Source: Thermoplasmata archaeon
GTDB lineage: Archaea > Thermoplasmatota > Thermoplasmata > Lutacidiplasmatales > UBA184
NCBI GenBank assembly: GCA_035623855.1
Contig: DASPSQ010000005.1
Coordinates: 2,093 to 66,092, forward strand
Reading direction: 5' to 3'
Length of the DNA: 64,000 bases
The notes under the pieces are model-generated. The model saw only the letters and a list, made by a program, of their open reading frames with translations. It had not been told where the DNA came from and searched no databases. A program made the position numbers and the translations under genes. The first letter of the stretch is position 1. Every line of letters begins with the position of its first letter. Shown here one piece after another: positions 1-10,125 of this stretch.

Positions 1-1008
1 AAGACGTACGACCCGTACCCCATCAACATCCAGTCGGACACGTTCAGCTACCTGGGGCTACGCGGCTTCCTCGACGCGGCGTACCCGGACGCCACGATCC
101 AGTCGGAGTTCAATCAAATCCAGGGAATCGAGTACGGGTTCACGTACGGAGGGTTCATCCCCGAGTACATGGGAGACTACTATCCCACGAACATCACGTG
201 GCCAAACTACAACGTGACCTCGGGTCAGTTCGGTAACCCTTCGACGAACCCGTCGCAGGTCGGGTCGGCCGCGTGGTGGTGGGCACAGGTGACGTCCTCC
301 GGGTCGCAATTCTATGACCCGCAATTCGGATCGGGAGGCTACAGTTCGGCGAACCCGCTCCACGTCCCGGCACTGTACTTCCTGGGGGATCCGACCCACC
401 AATCGGTGCTGCAGCAGTGGAGCACCGAGGTCCAGAGCCTCACCGGCGGAGCGATCGTCTTCGACATCTTCCCCGTGGCCTCGGCTCTGGTCTTCTCGGA
501 GCTCCTGCCGGACGGCGGGACTCCGTGGGCGCTCTACTTCGATGCGTGGGAAGCGGACTACGCACAGCCGTACGACTACTGGGCGGCGTTCGGCGCGGCC
601 TCGGGGACGTATTCGGCCCCGAACACGTTCTACCTGACGTTCACCGAGGCGCAGTTCGACAACGCGGCGGTCTGTGGACACAGCGGCGTCTCGAGTTGGT
701 CGAACCTCACGTACTGGGCGAGCCAGCCGTACATCCCACAGGACTGCCAAGGGGTGGCGTATCTCGTCCTCCAGTACTGGGCGACCGTGGCGAACTCGAA
801 CCTGAACCTGGCGCAGGGGGCGCTCCAGTGGAACCGGATCTCGGCGGTCTACAACCTACTGAACCTCGCGGTGGACACGGACCAGATGAACACGTTCCAG
901 TTCGTCGGCCCGTGGATCAACCTCTCCACGCTGGACGCGAGCTCCCTCAACGGGTACCCGGGCGGCGAGGAGGTCTGGTACACCGTTCAGGGGAACGGAG
1001 TCAGCTAG
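1..1008 (+). CDS. ABC transporter substrate-binding protein, family 5 (peptide/nickel type), 5'-truncated by the window edge
   Basis: Frame is open from base 1 (KTYDPYPINIQSDTFSYLGLRGFLDAAY...) to TAG at 1008. WEADYAQPYDY resembles the W-x-x-DY-x-DP motif of SBP family 5. Asn/Thr/Tyr-rich extracellular composition. Confidence 0.7.
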   Translation, partial: KTYDPYPINIQSDTFSYLGLRGFLDAAYPDATIQSEFNQIQGIEYGFTYGGFIPEYMGDYYPTNITWPNYNVTSGQFGNPSTNPSQVGSAAWWWAQVTSSGSQFYDPQFGSGGYSSANPLHVPALYFLGDPTHQSVLQQWSTEVQSLTGGAIVFDIFPVASALVFSELLPDGGTPWALYFDAWEADYAQPYDYWAAFGAASGTYSAPNTFYLTFTEAQFDNAAVCGHSGVSSWSNLTYWASQPYIPQDCQGVAYLVLQYWATVANSNLNLAQGALQWNRISAVYNLLNLAVDTDQMNTFQFVGPWINLSTLDASSLNGYPGGEEVWYTVQGNGVS

Positions 1009-1350
1009 GTCGGGAAGCTGGTCATCGACTCCCGCCCTCGACGAGGGCGAAACCCCTTCCTTCCACCCCGTGAGCCGGGGTCCGATTCCCTCCGGACGAG
1101 GCGACGTGCCGGAGTGCCACCGAACCATCTCACGGCCCAACTCGCGACGTGAACCCCTTCCTTGCCGGGCCGTGACGCGGAAGAGCTTCGTCACCGACGG
1201 CCGGGACCGCGCGCTGAGAGACCACCGTGAACTCGACTCGCTCTCGGCCCCGGCGACTAACGAGTCGTGCGAGGGCGACCTCGCGCGGTCTCCAAGCAGA
1301 GCGAGGGACCGCCCGCCTCGGGCGGCCGGACCTGGGGTCGGGAACCCCGA

Positions 1351-1905
1351 CTACGGAGGAGGCGCGTTCAGGGCGTCGAGGGTGATCAGGAGGACATAGG
1401 AAGCGTCGTTCGAAACGCTGGGGGCGTCCACGGCGACGTGAAACACGAAGTCGTCGACGCCGACCGGAGTGGTGGGAAGTGTCGGGACGGTGTACGCGAT
1501 CGAGAATGGAGAGTCGGCAGTCGCAGTGAAGATCGTCTTGTTCGAGGTCGCAAGGAGCGTGACCTGAACGGTGAAGACGCCCCCGGAAGGGACCTGGGCC
1601 GGTAGCCCGTCCTCGTCGGTCTCATTGATCGTGCTGTTCCCGAACCAGCCGTGGCCGTTGGAATCCGTTCCTTGCTCGATCGTCCACCGGACCTCGGTGA
1701 TGGTGACGGTCGGCTTCCCGGGTGTTGGCAGGACCAGCGTACCGAGGCCGATCAGGACCAGCAGCAGGATGACGAACGCCGCCATGATGACGATCCCGAT
1801 GCGCAGGAGGCCGACTCGACTTCGCCACCCTCGCCGACGGGGGGGTTGGCCGGCTCCGGACCCGGGACCGGAATCGCCCACCGTACTTGGGCCTCCCTCG
1901 TTCAC
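1351..1905 (-). CDS. Membrane-anchored hypothetical protein (single TM plus beta-rich extracellular domain)
   Basis: Basic stretch, then hydrophobic IGIVIMAAFVILLLVLIGLG, then a Thr/Val-rich domain. Lies 11 nt downstream of the pilin-like gene on the same strand. Confidence 0.65.
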   Translation of the reverse strand: MNEGGPSTVGDSGPGSGAGQPPRRRGWRSRVGLLRIGIVIMAAFVILLLVLIGLGTLVLPTPGKPTVTITEVRWTIEQGTDSNGHGWFGNSTINETDEDGLPAQVPSGGVFTVQVTLLATSNKTIFTATADSPFSIAYTVPTLPTTPVGVDDFVFHVAVDAPSVSNDASYVLLITLDALNAPPP

Positions 1906-1916
1906 CCGCGACTCGA

Positions 1917-2858
1917 CTACAGGGGAGCGAGCGTAGCGACCGGGATCTCCGCCAGCACCGCGGACGGACTACCGGTGTAGGAGACGATAATCTTGCAGAT
2001 GGCGTCGTTGGAGAAGCACCAGGGCGGCGCGCCATGATAATCGTCGTAATCGAGCTGAGGGTGGCCGAGCGAGAACGGCGCGGGACAGTAGGAGGTAGGG
2101 TACCAGCTGTAACCCCCGAGGTCCGCCGCGACGCACAGGAACGTGACGGGGTACCCACCGTAGTGGAGGTAGAGGTAGAACGTGTCGCCAACGGTGAGGG
2201 ACGACTCGCCCGATCTCAGCGGATCGAAGAACCCCAGCCGGTTGTAGAGCGTTCCGTTCGCGGGAGTGAGACCTCTCACGAACGACCAACCCCCGGCATC
2301 AAAGTTCCCGCAGTACCCGAGGCTGGGCGCGTCCGGAGCGGGTTGGGTCGAGAGACCCGGGAACCACGTCATCGACGCGAGGGTCCCGCTGACGAGGGCT
2401 GTGGTGCCCCCGGCCGACGTGGAATTGTAGCAGATAAACGAGAACTGGACCTGATCGAGGGAAAGGGGAGCGGCAGAGGAGATCGATGAGACCACGATCT
2501 CGGTCGCATTCATCACCGAGAAGTTCCCCGTCGCGGTCTCGTAGCATTCCGCGTACCAATCATCGCTCCACGTTTGGTACTCGTCGGACGAGAGAGGATA
2601 GTCTGCAAGGGTGTATCCCGTCGGCTGACAGTCGGTAGGATCCCCCCACGCCGGGCTACTGCTCCCCGAACGGACCAAGAAATTCACAATGGGTGTCGAG
2701 GGCGGGGTGTAGATGCGGAAGCTCCAGAGGATCGCCCCGGCCACGATCGTGAGGCCGATCAACAGGATTGCGCCGATGATCTCCGCGACTCCTTTGTGGT
2801 GTCGGCGACGGCGCCAGTGACGAGAAGCCATCCACTGTTGACTTCGTGGAAGGAGCAT
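1917..2858 (-). CDS. Archaeal type IV pilin-like protein with class III signal peptide
   Basis: RRRRHHKG/VAEIIGAILLIGLTIVAGAILWSF is a basic leader, a KG cleavage site and a hydrophobic pilin N-terminal helix. Alternative start ATG at 2831. Confidence 0.8.
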   Translation of the reverse strand: MLLPRSQQWMASRHWRRRRHHKGVAEIIGAILLIGLTIVAGAILWSFRIYTPPSTPIVNFLVRSGSSSPAWGDPTDCQPTGYTLADYPLSSDEYQTWSDDWYAECYETATGNFSVMNATEIVVSSISSAAPLSLDQVQFSFICYNSTSAGGTTALVSGTLASMTWFPGLSTQPAPDAPSLGYCGNFDAGGWSFVRGLTPANGTLYNRLGFFDPLRSGESSLTVGDTFYLYLHYGGYPVTFLCVAADLGGYSWYPTSYCPAPFSLGHPQLDYDDYHGAPPWCFSNDAICKIIVSYTGSPSAVLAEIPVATLAPL

Positions 2859-2968
2859 ATCTAACTTACGTTTTCAGCCCGATCGCCTTCCAGGGAGCAG
2901 AACGGAAGCCGGGATCGTGGGACGGAGGGCGATGGGAGCCCCCCGTCCGGGAGGATCCGGGCCCTCCG

Positions 2969-4588
2969 CTAGCCCATGAACGGGCGACGCCAATCGTCGG
3001 GGAGAATCGCGCTCTCCTTGATGTTTCGCGGAGAGAGCCACCGGAGGAGGTTCAGCATCGAGCCGGCTTTGTCGTTCGTCCCGGATCTCCGGGCCCCCCC
3101 GAACGGCTGTCGGGAGACGATCGCGCCCGTCGGCTTGTCGTTGATGTAGAAGTTGCCGGCACTCCATCGAAGGACCCTCTCGGCTTCCGCAACAGCGGCC
3201 GTGTCCCGCCCGAAGACCGCTCCGGTCAGAGCGTACGGCGAGGTCGAACTGCAGAGCTCAAGGGTCTCCCCGTACTTCGCGTCGGGATAGACATATACGG
3301 TCAGGACGGGTCCAAAGATCTCTTCGGACATCAGCCTCCCTCCCGGGTCGAGGGAACGGATCACCGTCGGTCGGACGAACCATCCTTTGGAGGAGTCGTG
3401 CTCACCCCCGACCACAAACTGATACTCCTTCGGGTGCGCCGTCGCGAAGTCGAGGTAGTTCACGATGTTGCGGTACGCGGGTTCGTCGATGGCCGCGCCC
3501 AGGAGGTTCGAGAGTTCCTCGGTCGGTCCCATCGTCACCTTGGGGACTTCGACCTGCAGGATGCGCTCCATCTCCGGCCAGCGACTTTCGGGGATGTAGG
3601 CGCGAGAGCACGCCGAGCACTTCTGTCCCTGGTACTCGAACGCACCACGGATGAGGTTCATCGCCGTGCCTCGCGTCTCCGCCGAGGGATGCATGAAGAT
3701 GAAGTCCTTCCCTCCCGTCTCGCCGACGATCCGAGGAAAATTGCGGTACTTTTCGAGATTTTGTCCGACACGCTTCCAGATGCTCACGAGCGTATCGTAA
3801 CTCCCGGTGAAATGGACCCCGGCGAGGGCCGGGTGATCGAGCACCACGTTCGCGTCTCGGCTCTGGAACGGAACGAAGTTGATCACCCCGGGCGGGAGAC
3901 CCGCATCGACCAGAGTACGGAAAATCTCGAAATTCGAGAAGATCACCGATCGGGCCGGCTTCCACAGAGCGACGTTCCCGACCATCGCCGGGGCGGTGGG
4001 GAGATTGCCGGCGATGGAGTAGAAGTTGAACGGCGGGACGGCGAGGACGAATCCTTCGAGGGGTCGCCAATCGAAGCGGTTCGTCTCTCCCGGGTACTGG
4101 TACGGCTGCATCTCGTAGATCTGCCGGGTGAAGTACGCGTTGAAATTCCAGAAGTCCACCAGCTCCGCGAGGTCGATCTCCGCTTCGTACGGATTCTTCG
4201 AATGATTGAGCATGATCGCCGCGATATTCCGGGTCCGGCGGGGTCCCGCGAGCAGGGTCGCAGCCTTCTGGAAGACCGAGACCCGGTAGTACCAGTCCAT
4301 CTCGGCCCACTTCGCTTGAGCGGCCAGAGCGCTGTTGATCGCCGCACGGATCTCCTTCTCACCGGCGATGTGGGCCCGTGCGAGGATCGTGTGCGTATCG
4401 TGCGGGCAGTGAACGTCGACCAGGTTCCCCGACCGGACCGGGTTCCCGCCGATGACGAGCGGAATCTCGACGGTCTCCGTGCGCATCCGATCCAGCTCGC
4501 TCAGCAATCGCTCCCGATCCGGAGAGTTCGGCGCGTAGGATCGAATGGTATTGACGTCGTTCAGGGGCCGTTCCACGTTCCACGCCAT
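2969..4588 (-). CDS. pruA: 1-pyrroline-5-carboxylate (L-glutamate gamma-semialdehyde) dehydrogenase
   Basis: ALDH motifs PPFNF, FTGS, GETGGKDF, FEYQGQKCSA (catalytic Cys), EEIFGP, QPFGGARRSGTNDKAGS. Start placed at MAWNVERP. Confidence 0.92.
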   Translation of the reverse strand: MAWNVERPLNDVNTIRSYAPNSPDRERLLSELDRMRTETVEIPLVIGGNPVRSGNLVDVHCPHDTHTILARAHIAGEKEIRAAINSALAAQAKWAEMDWYYRVSVFQKAATLLAGPRRTRNIAAIMLNHSKNPYEAEIDLAELVDFWNFNAYFTRQIYEMQPYQYPGETNRFDWRPLEGFVLAVPPFNFYSIAGNLPTAPAMVGNVALWKPARSVIFSNFEIFRTLVDAGLPPGVINFVPFQSRDANVVLDHPALAGVHFTGSYDTLVSIWKRVGQNLEKYRNFPRIVGETGGKDFIFMHPSAETRGTAMNLIRGAFEYQGQKCSACSRAYIPESRWPEMERILQVEVPKVTMGPTEELSNLLGAAIDEPAYRNIVNYLDFATAHPKEYQFVVGGEHDSSKGWFVRPTVIRSLDPGGRLMSEEIFGPVLTVYVYPDAKYGETLELCSSTSPYALTGAVFGRDTAAVAEAERVLRWSAGNFYINDKPTGAIVSRQPFGGARRSGTNDKAGSMLNLLRWLSPRNIKESAILPDDWRRPFMG

Positions 4589-4782
4589 GCAGCCCATGAG
4601 TCGTCGAAATGTGCTAAATGTTACGGACTCCCTGCGAGCCGATATCACTTCGCAGTGAAAGGAAACGGGAGCGGCATCGGCGAACGCATTGCTCCCGGAC
4701 CTCTAAGGCAGTTCCGAGGGCGGTCCCGTCGAATCTTCTTGATGGCGGGTTAATCCCCGAGCCCCGTCTCGTATGGTTGACG

Positions 4783-6894
4783 ATGGAAGCCGAGTCGGCG
4801 GGCGGGCAGCATCGGATCACCTCGCATCCGGTTCTCGATATACCGGACCATCCCGCGATGGTCGAGTTCACGTTCGAGGGCCGACGACTCCGTGGCCGGG
4901 ACGCGGAGATGATCTCCTCGGCGCTCTTCGCCAACGGGATCCAGTGTTTCGGGCAGCACCCTCGGGACGGCTCCCCTCAGGGAATCTTCTGCGCGAACGG
5001 TCAATGCTCTCAATGTCTCGTCTTGGCCGACGGGATTCCCGTCAAAGCGTGCGTGACGGCCCTCCGGCCGGATATGGACGTCCTTCCTCTCAGCGCGTTG
5101 CCCACGTTGAAGGCGGACGACCAGCCCGTCCGCGGGCGAGGAGACACGCCGAAGGTCGAGACCGACGTGCTGATCATCGGCGGTGGGCCAGCGGGACTGA
5201 CCGCGGCGATCGAGCTCGGCCAGCATCGGGTGCCGACGATCCTCTGCGATGACAAGGCGACGCTCGGGGGAAAGCTCGGGCTCCAAACCCACAACTTCTT
5301 CGGCTCCGTTCGGGACTGTTACGCCGGTCAGCGCGGTCTCGAAATCGGCCGTCGGCTCGAGCACGATGCGCGGGCGGCGGAGTCGCTCGACGTCTGGCTC
5401 GATTCCCCGGTGGTCGGCGTGTTTTGCGACGGGTACGTGGGCGTGGTGCGGCAGGGCCGGTTCACGCTCGTGAGACCGAAGCGAATGCTGATCGCCGCGG
5501 GGGCGCGAGAGAAGATGCTCGCCTTTCCGGGGGCGGACCTCCCCGGAGTGTACGGTGCCGGGGCGTTCCAGACGCTCGTGAATCGGGATCTGATCCGCCC
5601 CTCCCAGCGGCTCTTCATCGTGGGGGGCGGGAACGTCGGCCTGATCGTTGCATACCAAGCCCTCCAGGCCGGTATTGACGTCGTCGGGCTGGTGGAAGTC
5701 CTCCCCCAGTGTGGGGGCTACAAGGTGCATCTCGACAAGATTCGCCGTCTCGGTGTCCCGGTATTCCCCTCCCACACGGTCGTCCGTGCTGAAGGTACGG
5801 CCCGCGTTGAACGGGTGATCGTCGCCCCCGTCGACGCGGAACTGCGTCCCCGGCCGGGCACGGAACGGGTCTTCGACGTCGACACGGTCCTCATCGCAGT
5901 GGGGCTCGCTCCGGTCAACGAGCTGTTCGAGGAGGGTCGACGTGCCGGGATCGGCGTCTACGCCGCAGGGGACGCGCACGAGATTGCGGAGGCGTCCGCG
6001 GCGATGTTCTCCGGAAAAATCATCGCTCGGACGATCCTCAAGGAGATGGGGTTTCCCGTCGAGGTTCCTGAAGAGTGGCGATCCACCCAGGCCATGCTCA
6101 GTTCCCATCCGGGCCCGATCATCGGCTCGTACCCGCCACCGGAAGGCAAACCCGTCTACCCGATCATCCGTTGTCCCCAGGAGATCCCGTGCAACCCCTG
6201 TACCGAGGCCTGCATCACCGGCGGGATCGTGATTCCCGAGGGAAACCTCCTCGGCCGGCCGCGACTCGTCGGAGACTGCGTCGGATGCCTCAAGTGCCTT
6301 GCCGTGTGCCCCGGACTCGCCATCTCCCTGGTCGACCGGCGCCACGACCCATCCGAACGCTTCGCGAGGGTGACGTTGGCTTGGGAGATGCCCGAGGGTC
6401 TCGTGAAACCTGGAATGGACGTACCGACGACCGGGGCCGACGGCGAACCCATTGGATCGGCTCGAGTGGTTCGGGTCCTCTCAGGTAAGGCGCTGAATCG
6501 TCGGCGGATGCTGGTGGTCGACGTCCCGACGGCCGAGGCGGACCGTGTGGCAGGAATCCGGATTCGCACGCCCGGGGAAGGAGCCCCGGTGGGGCTCCTC
6601 ACGCAGCCCTCGGACTCGGACGTGATTGTTTGCCGGTGTGAGCGGATCACCAAGGACGCAGTCCGGGAGTACATCCAAGCCACCGGCGCCCGCGACATCA
6701 ACGCGATCAAGGCGGGGCTGCGGTGCGGCATGGGCCCGTGCGGCGGGAAGACGTGCGGGGATCTGATCGGCCAGGTGTTCCGCGAGTTGGGGATTCCGAG
6801 GGCCGAGATCCAGCCCCCGGTCCGGCGGCCGTTCACCCAGGAGGTACCGCTCCGATCGTTCCTCGAGGAGGGAACCGATGAAGCCGGAGCATGA
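4783..6894 (+). CDS. Fused FAD/Fe-S oxidoreductase; proline dehydrogenase/sarcosine oxidase alpha-like (2Fe-2S + FAD/NAD + 4Fe-4S dicluster + BFD-like 2Fe-2S)
   Basis: FCANGQCSQC...KAC; GGGPAG and GGGNVG Rossmann motifs; CPQEIPCNPCTEAC and CVGCLKCLAVCP; C-terminal CRCE...CGMGPCGGKTC. Confidence 0.85.
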   Translation: MEAESAGGQHRITSHPVLDIPDHPAMVEFTFEGRRLRGRDAEMISSALFANGIQCFGQHPRDGSPQGIFCANGQCSQCLVLADGIPVKACVTALRPDMDVLPLSALPTLKADDQPVRGRGDTPKVETDVLIIGGGPAGLTAAIELGQHRVPTILCDDKATLGGKLGLQTHNFFGSVRDCYAGQRGLEIGRRLEHDARAAESLDVWLDSPVVGVFCDGYVGVVRQGRFTLVRPKRMLIAAGAREKMLAFPGADLPGVYGAGAFQTLVNRDLIRPSQRLFIVGGGNVGLIVAYQALQAGIDVVGLVEVLPQCGGYKVHLDKIRRLGVPVFPSHTVVRAEGTARVERVIVAPVDAELRPRPGTERVFDVDTVLIAVGLAPVNELFEEGRRAGIGVYAAGDAHEIAEASAAMFSGKIIARTILKEMGFPVEVPEEWRSTQAMLSSHPGPIIGSYPPPEGKPVYPIIRCPQEIPCNPCTEACITGGIVIPEGNLLGRPRLVGDCVGCLKCLAVCPGLAISLVDRRHDPSERFARVTLAWEMPEGLVKPGMDVPTTGADGEPIGSARVVRVLSGKALNRRRMLVVDVPTAEADRVAGIRIRTPGEGAPVGLLTQPSDSDVIVCRCERITKDAVREYIQATGARDINAIKAGLRCGMGPCGGKTCGDLIGQVFRELGIPRAEIQPPVRRPFTQEVPLRSFLEEGTDEAGA

Positions 6895-8044
6895 TGCGAT
6901 CGTCATCGGAGCGGGCTCGGTGGGCAACCCGGCCGCGTATTTCCTCGCCCGAGAGGGCCTTCGTCCGCTCGTCCTCGACGAACTGTCCTCCTCTGGACAG
7001 GGTCAGAACAAGGCCGCGATCGGAGGGGTCCGTGCGACCCATTCGGATCCGGCCAAGATTCGACTGTGCCAAGAGAGCATCGAGATCTTCTCGACCTGGC
7101 AGGAGACGACCGGGACCAGCATCGGGTGGAAACGGGGAGGGTACTGTTTTCCAGCGTTCGACGAGAAGGTTGAATCGACGATCCAAGGCCTCCTTCCGAT
7201 TCAGAAGCGGTTCCGGCTCAACATCGATTGGGTCGACTCGAGCTCGATCCAACGGGTCGTTCCGGGGATCAACCCTCGGGGCTTGCGGGGCGGGACCTAC
7301 TCGCCAGATGATGGGCAGGCGAACCCACTCCTTGTCTCGGAGTCGTTCACGCACGAGGCAGTTCGTCTTGGGGCGACGTACCATTACCGGGAGCCTGTGA
7401 CGTCGTTGATCCGCGAGAATCATACGGTCGTTGGGGTCCGTACCCCGAAAGAGGAGTACCGAGCGAAGGTGGTCGTCATTGCCGCGGGCGCCCACGCGAG
7501 TCCGATCTGTGCCACCGTCGGCCTCGACCTTCCGGTGACCCCCGACAGCCACGAGGCAGGAATTTCGGCCCCGGTGGCCCCGTTCCTGGATCCGTTGGTC
7601 GTCGATCTCCGGCCCGGAGCCGAAGGTAAATCGAGCAACTTCTACTTCGGTCAGAATTCGGAGGGCCAGATCATCTTCTGCTACACTCCCCGGACTCCCA
7701 TCCTGGGCGAGAACCGGATCTCGACCTCCGAATTCATGCCGACGATCGCGGCCCGTCTCGTGGAGGTCATCCCGCGATTCAAGAATCTCACGATCCGCCG
7801 AATCTGGCGCGGGCTCTACCCGATGACCCCGGACGGAATCCCGATCGTCGGTAGGGCCCCCGGACTCGAGGGGTTGTATCTCGCGATCGGCATGTGCGGT
7901 CAGGGGTTCATGCTCGGACCCGGGGTCGGAAGGAGCCTCGCGTCGCTCATCGTGCACGGAAGGCCGTGCATCGACCCCGAGATCTTCGACTTGCTGAGTC
8001 CTTCCCGGGACCTAGGCAGGGGTAAGCGCGAGACCCTCAAGTGA
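6878..8044 (+). CDS. FAD-dependent oxidoreductase, DAO family (proline dehydrogenase/sarcosine oxidase beta-like)
   Basis: VIGAGSVG, PDDGQANP, WRGLYPMTPDGIPIVG, GMCGQGFMLGP. Overlaps the upstream gene; GAGGAGG precedes the start. Confidence 0.85.
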   Translation: MKPEHDAIVIGAGSVGNPAAYFLAREGLRPLVLDELSSSGQGQNKAAIGGVRATHSDPAKIRLCQESIEIFSTWQETTGTSIGWKRGGYCFPAFDEKVESTIQGLLPIQKRFRLNIDWVDSSSIQRVVPGINPRGLRGGTYSPDDGQANPLLVSESFTHEAVRLGATYHYREPVTSLIRENHTVVGVRTPKEEYRAKVVVIAAGAHASPICATVGLDLPVTPDSHEAGISAPVAPFLDPLVVDLRPGAEGKSSNFYFGQNSEGQIIFCYTPRTPILGENRISTSEFMPTIAARLVEVIPRFKNLTIRRIWRGLYPMTPDGIPIVGRAPGLEGLYLAIGMCGQGFMLGPGVGRSLASLIVHGRPCIDPEIFDLLSPSRDLGRGKRETLK

Positions 8045-8213
8045 TTCCCACGGTTGCGTCACCGTAGAACCAACCCGTCGGGCCGATACCGACGCCCCTT
8101 CCGAGGATCCCATCCATGCGCGGCGACCCGGATTCGTGCGGTGCACGGGGCGGATCCGAAGCGCACAGCCTACATCCTTCGCGAACTGTCCTCCTCGGGT
8201 AGATCGAGCGCCC

Positions 8214-8651
8214 ATGGACGCGGGTTCGAGGGGTCCGGAAGAGACAGCGAGGCACGGGATCGCGGAGGGAAGGTCCCGGGCGGGACCTTCGGCCATCCTT
8301 CGGAAGGCGTTCGGACCCCTTCTGGCGTATCACGTTCTGATTCTGGGTGGTGCGTTCCTCGTTGGCTGGGGAATCTCCGTCGGCTCCCGAGCGGGTCTCG
8401 TGATCGGGCTCGCGCTGATCGTCCTGGGAATCGGGGTCGAAGTCGCCGTGCTCGTGTGGTCGGCAGGTCTTACGATACGGAGCGCACGGACTCCGAGCTG
8501 GTCCCGACGGGAGGGGACCACACCGGGTCCGACGGGAATCGGTCCCAGCCTCTGCACCGGATGTGGCTGGTCCGGTTCAGTGGGTCGGTCGATCTGTCCT
8601 CGATGCGGAAAGGTCCTCATCCGGGGGGCGAAAGTCGCGGGCGGAGTCTAG
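8214..8651 (+). CDS. Small membrane protein with C-terminal zinc ribbon
   Basis: Two hydrophobic segments followed by CTGC...CPRC. Confidence 0.55.
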   Translation: MDAGSRGPEETARHGIAEGRSRAGPSAILRKAFGPLLAYHVLILGGAFLVGWGISVGSRAGLVIGLALIVLGIGVEVAVLVWSAGLTIRSARTPSWSRREGTTPGPTGIGPSLCTGCGWSGSVGRSICPRCGKVLIRGAKVAGGV

Positions 8652-9404
8652 CACCCAACCCTCGACGCCCGCAAGGGGAACGAACCCCACCTTCTCGAGG
8701 ATCGGCCGGCTTGTCGTGTCGACTGCCTCGACCGTGAGGTATCGAGCCCCGGCCCTCCGGGCGAACTCGGCACGGACGCGCACGAGTTCGTGGTAGATCC
8801 CCCGGCGTTGGAACTTTGGCGCGGTGCCGCCACCGAACAGCCCGGCGAACGATCGGCCGGCGTCGCATTCCACCCGGCCTCCGGCCGCCGGTGACCCGTC
8901 CACGTACGCGACGAACACGCCGAAGTGCGGATCCAGGATTCGACTCCGGATCGACGCGAACGCCGCGGGATGTTCACGACCGAAGGCCGATCGGTCGACG
9001 GCCTCGAGGTCCTCGAGCCCAGCCTCATCCCGGACCTGGCGCACCTCGAGCCCCGGGATCCCGGGTCCCGATGGGATCGTGAAGCTCAGGTCGAAGACCA
9101 TGAGCGTCTCGTGCGGGTTGGGTCGAAATCCGCTCGCGGCAAGGCGTCGGGACAGCTCGTCGAGCCCATCGTGGGAATAGATCTTCCACTCCAACGGTGG
9201 TCCGCCTTCGGTCATCTCGTGGACCTCCGCAATGATCACGTGCACGATTTCGGAAGGACCGGGACGCGAGTAGAGGATCGTACGTTCGGCGGGGCCAACG
9301 AATCGGACCAGCGAACCCACGTTCTCCACCCGATACCCCTCCACGGGGGGAGGATTTCGTCGCATCTCCAGGTCAAAGCTGGCGAGCACAGTATCCCGAT
9401 CCAT
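8577..9404 (-). CDS. GNAT family N-acetyltransferase
   Basis: Start at MDRDTVLASFD. Acetyl-CoA motif GGGTAPKFQRRGIY; SRPILEKVGF. Confidence 0.8.
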   Translation of the reverse strand: MDRDTVLASFDLEMRRNPPPVEGYRVENVGSLVRFVGPAERTILYSRPGPSEIVHVIIAEVHEMTEGGPPLEWKIYSHDGLDELSRRLAASGFRPNPHETLMVFDLSFTIPSGPGIPGLEVRQVRDEAGLEDLEAVDRSAFGREHPAAFASIRSRILDPHFGVFVAYVDGSPAAGGRVECDAGRSFAGLFGGGTAPKFQRRGIYHELVRVRAEFARRAGARYLTVEAVDTTSRPILEKVGFVPLAGVEGWVLDSARDFRPPDEDLSASRTDRPTH

Positions 9405-9482
9405 CGGGGGTCCGACATAACGGGGGGGATATGAGGCGTGGGAGCTCGTCAAGGGTATGGCATCGGTGAGTGTGACGCTCGT

Positions 9483-10019
9483 ATGGGATTCGCCAAGCAC
9501 TCCGATTCCGATCCGTATTTTCTCCTCACGGAGCGACTTGGCTTCCGCTGTTGGTCGCTCGCCGATCTCCCCCTCGCGCGGTCTCTCTGGGGAGACGCTC
9601 GAGTGACGCGACTCATTGGCGGCCCGTTCTCCCCAGAAGCGATTCAGGACCGACTCGGGCGCGAGATCGAGACGATGCGTCTGCACGGGGTCCAGTACTG
9701 GCCGCTCTTCTTCCTCCCGACCGGAGAATTTGTTGGCGCAGCCGGACTGCGGCCCGACGATGGCGAACCACGAATCTACGAGCTTGGAGTCCACCTCCGG
9801 CCCGCCTTTTGGGGCCAGGGATTGGCCGCGGAGGCCGGCGGGGCCGTGATTCGATACGCGTTTGAACGGCTCCAGGCGAGAGGACTCGTCGCGGGCCACC
9901 ACCCAGAGAACGCTGCCTCCGGCCGAGTGCTGGAGAAGCTCGGGTTTCGCCGCGTCGGCCTCAAGTTCTATCCTCCGACCGGCTTGGACCACCCCTCCTA
10001 CCGACTGGATCCACCTTGA
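9483..10019 (+). CDS. GNAT acetyltransferase, RimJ/RimL type
   Basis: LLTERLGFR, ELGVHLRPAFWGQGLAAEA, NAASGRVLEKLGF. Confidence 0.85.
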   Translation: MGFAKHSDSDPYFLLTERLGFRCWSLADLPLARSLWGDARVTRLIGGPFSPEAIQDRLGREIETMRLHGVQYWPLFFLPTGEFVGAAGLRPDDGEPRIYELGVHLRPAFWGQGLAAEAGGAVIRYAFERLQARGLVAGHHPENAASGRVLEKLGFRRVGLKFYPPTGLDHPSYRLDPP

Positions 10020-10125
10020 GCCCAACCCATTGAGCCACCCCAAGGCTGGGGGGCCGGCTCCTCCCTTTCTCCCGCCGCATTAAGAGCCCGAGCGGCTGTC
10101 CGACGGGTGACGGGGGACCGATCCG

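Noticed and set aside
1034..1070. Hairpin CGCCCTCG-A-CGAGGGCG followed by a pyrimidine run after the SBP gene
   Set aside because: Could be a terminator, but there is no oligo-T tract and it is a single short GC stem; too weak to call.
2846..4753. 635-aa + strand ORF, and similar long shadows at 34627-37167, 46137-48227 and 45769-47613
   Set aside because: They overlap well-supported genes on the opposite strand or in another frame and contain no recognisable motifs.
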